From Dictyostelium discoideum (lineage: Eukaryota), in assembly GCA_000004695.1 (NCBI GenBank), contig CM000151.3, forward strand, positions 5,024,001-5,088,000: a stretch of DNA of 64,000 nt, read 5' to 3'. The first letter of the stretch is position 1, and the number at the start of each line of letters is the position of its first letter. The translations under genes and the position numbers were made by a program. The notes below the pieces were generated by a model that worked only from the letters and a program-made list of their open reading frames with translations, did not search any database and had not been told where the DNA came from. Shown here piece after piece: positions 54,945 through 64,000 of this stretch.

Positions 54945-56368
54945 TTATTTTAAAGATAAAACTTTATTTTTAACTAAATCATATTGTTTAAAACGTTTAA
55001 TAGCATAATCTATGTAATCAAAATCGATTGAAGAAGAGAAATGTTGAATTATACCCCAAAATCCCCACATTAAATGAGAACCTAATGTTAAGTGATTTGA
55101 TTCGATATAAAGATTATGAATTTCTTCTTTACTTGGTTCATATAATAATTCATCATTTTCAATATCCATATTTTCATCGTTGATACTATTTTGAATTTGT
55201 TGTTGTTGTTGTTTTTGTTTTTGTTTTTGTTGAATATTTTTACAATTATTAATTGAAATTAAATAATTTTTAATAAATCTTTTTTGAATTTCAATTGATG
55301 GATATTTTGTATAGTCTAAATCTAAACCAGAGAATTCACAAAAGAAATTACCAATATCATAACCTCTAAAATTGTAACCAGAATATTCGAAATCAATAAA
55401 TTTAACTTGACCCTTCTCTTTATTGTAAATCATATTTCTTGGTATTAAATCGTTATGACAAAAGTTGATATACTCTTCACCACTATAATGTTCTTCAATG
55501 AAGGACATTAAAGACATTGCTTCCTCTTTATAACGGTTTAAATTAATCTTTGAGATCATTGAACCCTTTGATTCCTTTGATGTTAATGTCATTGCATTAT
55601 TTATCCATGAATTTAAATTTTTAAATAATGATGTTGAAGATGTTTGTGTATTCATATTTCTTGGTGATAATGTTGAATTTTCTAATGATGGAGAAGTTGA
55701 TGGAGAAGTTGATGATGTTGATGTTGATGTTGATGTTGATGTTGATATTGTTGTTGATTCTTTAATAGACGAATCAGATGATGAAGATAATAATAATTGT
55801 GAATTTGAATTAATATCTAATTTAAGTGAATGCCATCTACCAGTTTCTTTTGCAATTAATGAGAGTATATTATTTTGATATAAATCCTCTAATTGTAATT
55901 GATCACCTTCAACATAACCATAGATACATCCATTTTCAAATGTACCATAAAATTTTGGACCAACTCCATTCTTACTTAATAAATATTGAATGTTTGCCTC
56001 AGTTTTTCTATCTATAAATTGTTCTGATCCTTTACCATATAATCTTATAATAACACTCTTATTACTACCTTGTCCTGTAATAAATGATGATTTAAATAAT
56101 GTATTTGTTACTCCACCGACCATTGGTTTAAATTCTATCTCTTCTTTTAAGTTATTATCAACCAATTCTTTTAAAATTTGACTATAAAAAAAAAAAAAAA
56201 AATTAATAAGTTAGTAAAAGAATTTTTAAAAAAAAAAAATTATTTTATAAATAATATTTACACCAAATTTAAATAATTTTCATTATTTTCAATATTTTCA
56301 TCTTCAAATTCAATATTTGTAGTAACATGTGATGGACCTGGATAAATAATATCTTCAAACTCGTTCAT
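54945..56368 (-). CDS. Choline/ethanolamine kinase, 2 exons: 56368..56262 and 56181..54945 on the minus strand.
   Basis: Exon 1 is 'MNEFEDIIYPGPSHVTTNIEFEDENIENNENYLNL' with donor GTAAAT at 56261 (phase 2). Acceptor tatag at 56183-56182. Exon 2 'VQILKELVDNNLKEEIEFKPMVGGVTNTLFK' is the choline-kinase N-terminal pattern. Brenner motif 'FCHNDLIPRNMIY' and choline-kinase motif 'IDFEYSGYNFRGYDIGNFFCEFSG' follow. S/T- and Q-rich inserts are present. Confidence 0.75.
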
Positions 56369-56749
56369 TTTTTTTTATTTTTTTAATATTGTTGGATTAA
56401 TAGGTTGTGTTTTTAAAATTATTATTATTATTATTTTAAATTAATTTAAATATTTTCTAATTTTTTTTTTGTTTTTTTTTTTTTTTTTTTTTTTTTTTTG
56501 TTTCTTTTCTTCTTTTAAATAAATAATTGATTTGGTATTCTTGTTGGTTTGGCTATTGCTTTTTCTTTTAATTGGATTAATAGTTTTTTAGTTTTTTTAT
56601 TTTTTTATTTTAAAGGAAAGCTTGTTTTTTTAAATAAAAATTAAGGAAATTTTTTTTTTTTTTTTTTTTTTAAATATTTATAAAAATACAAAATGGTATA
56701 AATATATTATTTGATTAAATGAGTTGCCAATTAAATGAAAAAAATTTAT

Positions 56750-56799
<50 letters not shown>

Positions 56800-57462
56800 C
56801 TAAAAAAAAATTTGAAAATTAAAGTAGCAAATGTATGTGAGTGTGATATATATGAGTCAATGAAAGAAAAGTGGAAGCAAATAACCAATCCAACACAACT
56901 GATATTTGTTTAATTATCCCATGTAAATTAATGGTTCGTCACTTTTAAATTTGATCTAAAAAAACAAAAAAAAATATCTGAAACGTATTTTTTAATTATT
57001 TTTTATTATTTTTATTTTTATTATTTTTATTATTTTTTTTTTTTTTTTTTTTTTTTTTGTGGTTGCGGTTCTTTGTGTAATTGATAATTATTTGTGTGTG
57101 TTTGTGTGTATTTATCTGATCTAAAAAAACCAATGAAAAAAAAAAAAAAAAAAATTTATAATAATAAAAAAAAAATTATAAAAACTAAAAAAAAAAAACA
57201 AATTTAAAAAAAAAAAAAAAAAAAAATAAAAATAAAAATAATAAAAAATAAAAATAAAAATACGACGAATTTTCGTACAATTGTTGACAGGTTGTCTAAA
57301 AATATAATATATAATATTTTTTTTTTTTAAAATTTTTTTTTTATTTTTTTATTTTTTTATTTTTTTTATTTTTTGTTTTTTCCTTTTTTAGGAAATAAAA
57401 ATTTTTTATTTCCTATTTTCATTTTTTTTTTATTTTTTGTTTCTTATTTTTTTACTAAAATT

Positions 57463-57710
57463 CTAAAATACTAAAACACCTGCACTCCCCACCCTAATTG
57501 AATCATCACCAGCACTTTTATCTAAATTATATTCATCTTGATCATCATCACGATCATCATCACTAATTATTGATTGTTTTTTAAATACACTTAATAAATT
57601 ATTTTTACTTTCATCAAAACCACTATCATCAGCACCATAATCATCAGCACCACCACCATAACTGTTTCGTATATTAATAATACTCGAATTAATACTTTCA
57701 TTTCTATTTA

Positions 57711-57774
<64 letters not shown>

Positions 57775-57882
57775 GTTATTATTATCATCATCAGTTTGTG
57801 AAATTATTGATGTTGAAACTATAATTTTACTAAATGAATTTTCAGATGACGAATGTGAAATCGAATTTGATATTATATCACC

Positions 57883-57923
<41 letters not shown>

Positions 57924-59066
57924 CAATTGAATGTGGAGGTAATTCAATTGACCCATTATTTATATCGTATTGTTGTTTTTCATATTTATATAATGCATCT
58001 TTTTTATTCTCTCTATATTTTGATACCATGACAGCACCAACACCAAATAAAATTACAAAACCACCTACAATATTTAATGGAGTTAATATTTCACTTAAGA
58101 AAATGTAAGCCAACACTCCAGTCAATAGTGGTTCCACTGTGAGATACACAGATACAGTGGTAGAATCACTTTTTGCAACAGCCCAACTTGATGCAAAAAA
58201 TGCATATGCAGTTGCAAATATCGCACAATATATAACAGATAACCAACCAAATAATGAAATTTGAGCAACTTGTGAACTAATTTCACTTTTTGCAATAAGC
58301 AATGCAATTGCTATCACTGGTGGTGTACCAATTGTAAATGACCATGCCATACATTTTGATGCACTCATACCACCATCATCAATCAATGGTTTTTGTGATA
58401 ATAAAAATATAGCATATGCCAATGTGTTTCCTAAAAAACATAAATTACCAAATAAAATATTATTCCTATTTGAATCATTTGATTTCAAATGTGTGAAATC
58501 TACCATCAACACTGCACCAATCACTGCAATTGCAACACCTATACTATAATAATAAAAATAATAAAAAAATTAATAAATTATTTTTTATTTTTTTATCAAA
58601 ACACACACACACACACACGGACATACAATTTTAATTTTGTTTTTCTTTCAAATTTTAATAATACAGCAAGGATTGCACTGAATACTGGGGTTAGGGGTTG
58701 AACGATTGCAGCATTAGTGGCACCACTGAGATAGAGACCGTAGAGGAATAATGATTGATTTATAGTTACTGAAAATATTCCAGATATTGATAATAATATA
58801 AATTCTTTTTTTGTTGGTAATTTAAATACTGTGTCTGGTGATAATATTATTGCCATTAACCAAAGTAATGGTGTTGCAATAACTAATCTAAACATTAAAA
58901 ATACGAATGGTGGTATATTATCCATTGCTAATTTTGCAACTATATAAAATACTGAAAATACTAAACATACTGATAATAATACTAAATGAACTTTTAAATC
59001 TTCAAATGTAATTCCTTTTATAGTTTTTTTTATTCTTGTTTTTAATGAGAAATCCATTTTAACCAT
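57463..59066 (-). CDS. EamA/drug-metabolite-transporter (DMT) superfamily membrane protein, 2 exons: 59066..58627 and 58543..57463 on the minus strand.
   Basis: About ten predicted TM helices in two EamA-like halves ('LLSVCLVFSVFYIVAKLAM', 'GATNAAIVQPLTPVFSAILAVLL' | 'IGVAIAVIGAVLMV', 'LGNTLAYAIFLLSQK', 'VEPLLTGVLAYIFLSEILT'). Donor GTATGT at 58626 (phase 2) and acceptor ttattatag at 58545-58544. The intron contains an (AC)9 microsatellite. The cytoplasmic C-tail has long poly-Asn tracts. Confidence 0.75.
58601..58618. repeat. (AC)9 dinucleotide microsatellite in the intron of the DMT transporter gene.
   Basis: Direct reading gives acacacacacacacacac. It is unusual in this AT-rich context. 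Confidence 0.85.
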
Positions 59067-59229
59067 TTTTTTTTTAAAAATATATAAATATATATATATA
59101 TATATATAAATATATATAAATATATATAAATAAATATATAAATAATAAAAAATTAAATTACTATAAAAATAATAATATTTTAATTTAGTTAAAAAAAATA
59201 GAATTATTTTTATTTAATTTTTTTAATTT

Positions 59230-59265
<36 letters not shown>

Positions 59266-59681
59266 AAAAAAAAAAGTGGAATTAAATCTGCAGCACAGAT
59301 CACAAAATAAAATAAAAAAAAAAAAAAAATAATAAAATAAAACTAAAAAAAGTTAAATTTAAGAATAATTATGTGATGAAAAAAAAAAAAAAAAATCGAG
59401 AATTATTTTTAAAATTTTAAAAAAATCTTTTTTTGATTTGTTTGTACTGGCACATAACCAGGTGATTTGTTTATTTTTTTTTTTTTTTTTTAATTTTTTT
59501 TATTTTTTTTTATTTTTTTTTTTCACAATTTTTGGTGTGTATTAAAAAAGTAAAAAAGTGATTGTGGGGCCTAATTTATTATTTAATATTTTTAACAGGA
59601 ATTACAAGTTTTATTTAACAAAAGTTCAAATTATTATTTGGTTTTTTAAAGAAAAAATATATCCAGAAATCCTTTAACCCA

Positions 59682-59713
<32 letters not shown>

Positions 59714-60017
59714 GATTAATTTAATTTCTGACAATTCACAATTAAATATTAATTTGACAATGAAATAAATAAAAATAAAAAAATAAAAAAAATAAAATAA
59801 ATAAAAATTATAATTTTTACCCAATGGTATCACCGACACATCAAAGTTCGTTTTTTTTCTTTGATTTCTTTTTTTTTTAATTTTTTTTTTTTTAATTTTT
59901 TTTTTTTCCCAACACATGTATTTTTTTTTATTTTTTTTATTTTCAAAATTTAAAATAGAATTAAAAAAAAAAAAAAAAAAAAAAGTTGAATATATATAAA
60001 TAATAAAATTTTAAAAT

Positions 60018-60256
60018 ATGAGTAGTGAAAATAACCTACCAAAACCACCAGGTTTCAAAGTTATTTTTAATCATATTTTATTATTATTATTAATATTATT
60101 TATAGTATTATTTGTATTAACATCAATTACATTAATTTCAAGATTATCAAAATCTAGAAAAAATAAACAATCTAAAAAATTATCGTATAGAACTAGAGCT
60201 GAAGTTTATTTAACAGTATCTGGTATTATACAATGGATTGTAAAAATCTTTATATT

Positions 60257-60299
<43 letters not shown>

Positions 60300-63200
60300 T
60301 AAATATTTTATTTTAATTTTATTTATTTATTCTAAATATAGAATATTTTTATTTATTTTTTATTTCTATTTTTATTAAAATATTTTTTTTTTTGTTTTTT
60401 TTTTTTTTATATAATAGGAAGCAATTCAAACTTTATTATCAGTTATATCAGTTATAGTATTTATATATGGTACATATAGTAAAGGATCACCACCATTAGC
60501 ATATTCATGGGTAGAAATTTCTTTAACAATTTTCTTTACAATTCATTGGATGTTAGATTACTTTATTAGTAAAGATAGATTAAAATATTTATTTTCATTC
60601 TTTTCAATAGTTGATTTAGTAACAGTTTTACCAATTTATATTGATATTTCAACTGGTCAATTCTTTAATGAATTAGGTACTTTTCAATTTTTACGTGTAT
60701 TACGTACTGTTAGAATTTTAAGAGCAAATAGAGTATTACATTATTTTAATGGTAAATAATTATAATAATTATAATAATAATAATTTATAATAATTTATAA
60801 TAATTTATAATAAAATTTTAACATATATATATATATTAATTTTTATTTTATTTTTTATTTTTAGATATAACACAATATTTATTTAGAGTTGTAATTGCAA
60901 TTTTTACATTTATTATGATATTTGCAGCATTTTATATGAATATTGATGTATCACCAATAACGGGTAAAACATTAGAATTTCATGAAACAATTTATTTTTT
61001 CGTTGTTACATTAACAACTGATGGTTATGGTGATATTCATCCAACAAATGCAGTTGGTCAATTAACAATAACATTAGCGGTAGTTGTTGGTGCTGTATTA
61101 ATTCCATATCAAGTTTCAAGATTATTAGAAACTTTTTCATCATATTCTCGTAAGTATAATAAATTAATATATTTTTAATTTGTTATATATACACACTATA
61201 TAATTATATAATTAGTATTAATATTAATATATTTATTTTTACAATTGAAAAATATAAGCATATAAAAGAGATTTATCAAAAAGTAATTTACATGGTCATG
61301 TTATATTATGTGGTGATATAAATTTTACATCATTATTAGAATTTTTAACAGAATTTTATTTAGAGAAATATGGACAATTGAAAAAGACAATTGTAATTTT
61401 ATCAACAAATCCACCATCTGATCAATTGAAGATGTTATTGTTACATCCATTCTATAAGAATAGGATATCCTATTTGGAGGGATCCCCAATGCTTGAGAAT
61501 GATTTAAAGAGGGCCCGTTATATTCATTCGTCGTCATGTTTTATTTTCAGACCGTTGTTTTGGGAGGACGGTGATTCGACGGCGATTTTAACGGCTTTGG
61601 CAATGAAGAATTTGAAGCCTAAAGGATCGAAAATTTTCGTCCAATTATTACATCATGAGAATAAGTATAAAATTTCTGCACGTATAAAATACATTATGTG
61701 TATTGAGGATTTCCGTAACGGTATTCTAGTTCAAAGTACCCTCTGTCCTGGTTTCGGTACTTTAGTTTGTAACTTATTCACATCACGTCAACCTGACATT
61801 GGTGATGAAGATAAATGGATAGGTGAATATTGTAATGGTAGTGTTAATTCAATTTATAAAATTCCTGTCCCCTTAGCATTTGTTGGTGAAACTTTTCTTC
61901 ATGTAACTTCTGTTATGTATTCTGGTGCAAAAGCTTTAGTTTTAGGTTACATTGATGATTTAAATCAAAATCAAAATCAAAATCAAACACCAAATAATAC
62001 TACGACCAATGGTAGTAGTGGAGGTATAAGCAGTAATGGTGGTAGTAATCCAAATGTTAGAAATAGTACAAATAGTACAAACAACAATAATAATAGAAGA
62101 CAAAAAAAGAATAAATTTATAATTCATCCACCATTTTCAACAATTATAACATCAACAATGAGTTTAATTATTATTGCTCATAGTCCATCAGCACCAACTT
62201 TTAAACCAAATGTACCATCAATTATTAGAAAAGAGATGGATGATGATGAGTTACCAAAAACTTCATTTTTTCAAAATATATATAACAAATTATTTGTACC
62301 AGAAGAGATGAGACATTTTACAGATTTAAATGATTCACAAGATATTTTCTTTAATGAAGATTTAAAATCATTTTTTACTTCAACTTTTACAAATAATAAT
62401 AATACAAATATTGAAATGGATACATTTTCATCACCACAATCAACATCATCATCAACAACAACAACAACATTACCAAATCAAATTTTAATTTCTGATATTA
62501 ATAATAATAATAATATTGAAAATGATAATCAACCATTAATGGGTGTTGAAAATATACCAATTATTGTAACAACAGCAGCAGCATCAACATCAACAACTTC
62601 ACCAAATGGTACTAATGGTGCAACAAATACATCATCATTATTGGATCCAAATAATTATAATAATAATAATAATAATAGTGAAGAAGATAAAGTTTCACCA
62701 TTAGTTGCATTATGTAATGAAGAATTTGATTCAAATTGGAATGAAGTTATTGCAACAGTAATTGAATCAATTGATTCAAAGAAAGCACATATGGAAGAGA
62801 TTGTTGAAGATTTAGAACCAGTTTTAGAAGCAATTGAAAGAAATAGAAATCTTGATGAATATTCTGAAGATTCTAAAGAAGATAATAATTGGAAAGAACA
62901 TATTATCATTTGTGGTTCAATTAATAGAATTGATTTATTTATTAGAGGTTTAAGACAAAGATATATTTCTGATAATTTAAATCATTTTTATCATTTAAAA
63001 CAACATCAACATCATCAACAACAACAACAACAAAATAATCATCACCATGGTGGTGGTAATAATCATAATAGTCAAACTAATTTAAGTGAACATTCAGATT
63101 ATTCAGCACCAACAATTGTAATTTTACATCCAGAGGAACCAGATATGTCAGAATGGGATGATATTGATGATGTTTTTTATGTTCATGGCTCACCATTAGA

Positions 63201-63825
63201 AAGAAAAGATTTAGATTTAGTAAAGATTCATTTAGCTAGTAAAATTATAATTTTATCAGATCCTTATAAAGAACATCATAGTTCAAATTTAACTGATAAA
63301 ACATCTGTTCAATTGGATGCTCAAACTATTATGGCATATTTAGAGATTAGTGAAGTATTTCAAAATCATCCAAATCCTTCAAATTTCGTCACTGTTGAAT
63401 TGGTACATGAACCAAATATTAGATTCATTTCAAAGAATATTAAATCCTCAAAAATTGGTAGTAAAGTAACTGGTGGTTCTAGTAGCTCTAGAAAAGAGGG
63501 TGAGGATATTGATAAACCAAATTACTATATCACTAGTGAATTTGCCTCTGGAAAAGTCCTGACTTTGACAACGCTAGATTCATTACTATGTCAAGCTAAC
63601 CATCAAGAGTATCTCTTGGATGTCGCAAATGAATTGGTATTGGGTGTAAATGGTATTAGAAAATATTATAGAAAATTAATTAGAAATATTTCAGATTCTG
63701 ATTCTGATGATTCCGATACTGCTGCAAATAAAAATAATAATGATTATGACTATGATGATACTGATAGTAGTGATGATGAAAAATCATCATTACCAAATGT
63801 TTCAAATAGTAATAGTAGTATTAAT

Positions 63826-63910
<85 letters not shown>

Positions 63911-64000
63911 GTAATAATGGTTCAAATGCTTTATTATCACCTTCTCGTAGTTTTGGATATAAAGGTTTCAATTCAAGATTATCTCAATCAGGAATTTGGA
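60018..64000 (+). CDS. Slo/BK-type K+ channel alpha subunit (voltage-sensor S4, K+ selectivity filter, two RCK domains). At least 4 exons: 60018..60239, 60418..60751, 60865..61149 and 61259..>64000. The 3' end is partial because the ORF runs off the window.
   Basis: S4 is 'FQFLRVLRTVRILRANRVL'. The pore is 'FVVTLTTDGYGDIHPTN' (GYGD filter). RCK1 starts 'LHGHVILCGDINFTSLLEF'; RCK2 starts 'KEHIIICGSINRIDLFIRGL'. Donors are GTAAAA at 60240, GTAAAT at 60752 (phase 1) and GTAAGT at 61150 (phase 1). Acceptors are ataatag, tttttag and aatataag. My hand count places the ATG one nt off the track start, so exon coordinates are ±1 nt. N/Q/T low-complexity linkers are present. Confidence 0.8.

Noticed and set aside
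55826-56181. Plus-strand ORFs opposite the choline/ethanolamine kinase gene.
   Set aside because: They are antisense frames within a well-supported CDS.
61325-61537. 70-aa minus-strand ORF inside K-channel exon 4 (also 62655..62909 and 63750..63971).
   Set aside because: They are antisense to the RCK-domain coding sequence. The 63750..63971 ORF is a poly-Leu reading of the AAT coding repeat.

Overview
The window reads as nuclear DNA from a Dictyostelium-type social amoeba. It is about 75-80% AT, has long homopolymer tracts in intergenic DNA, poly-N/Q/T coding repeats, and short AT-rich introns with GTAAGT/GTATGT donors and ...AG acceptors. It is gene-dense euchromatin. I found no rRNA, tRNA, CRISPR array, transposon or prokaryotic-style defence island.

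I hand-spliced about 27 protein-coding genes from the six-frame track. The track calls TTG as a start and omits exons that lack an in-frame start or run off the window, so several exons had to be recovered by reading the strand directly. Exon coordinates are hand-counted from the printed lines and may be off by a few nt.

Genes in order:
- beta-lactamase-family serine hydrolase
- COMM-domain protein
- tandem array of four paralogous secreted Cys-rich proteins
- highly divergent TCP-1/CCT-like chaperonin
- DNA topoisomerase III
- RPAP2/Rtr1-like protein
- triple-CUE-domain protein
- succinate dehydrogenase cytochrome b subunit (sdhC)
- F-box/LRR protein
- possible small spliced ORF (weak) in a 3.5 kb AT-rich gene-poor region
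- CBS-domain protein
- UBL+vWA protein
- O6-methylguanine-DNA methyltransferase
- ankyrin-repeat DHHC palmitoyltransferase with a His-Gly repeat tail
- chymotrypsin-fold protease-like protein
- degenerate Rab-like pseudo-GTPase
- B-box/FNIP-repeat protein
- ALG8 glucosyltransferase
- second COMM-domain protein
- RWD+RING protein
- asparaginyl-tRNA synthetase carrying a GlnRS/GatB-type N-terminal appended domain
- choline/ethanolamine kinase
- EamA/DMT transporter
- Slo/BK-type K+ channel running off the 3' end of the window

The most interesting observations are the tandem Cys-rich family with a conserved phase-1 intron lost in one member, the CCT-like paralog sitting inside that array, the AsnRS domain fusion, the Ser-to-Cys-like active-site motif in the protease-like gene, and the frameshifted Rab-like gene.
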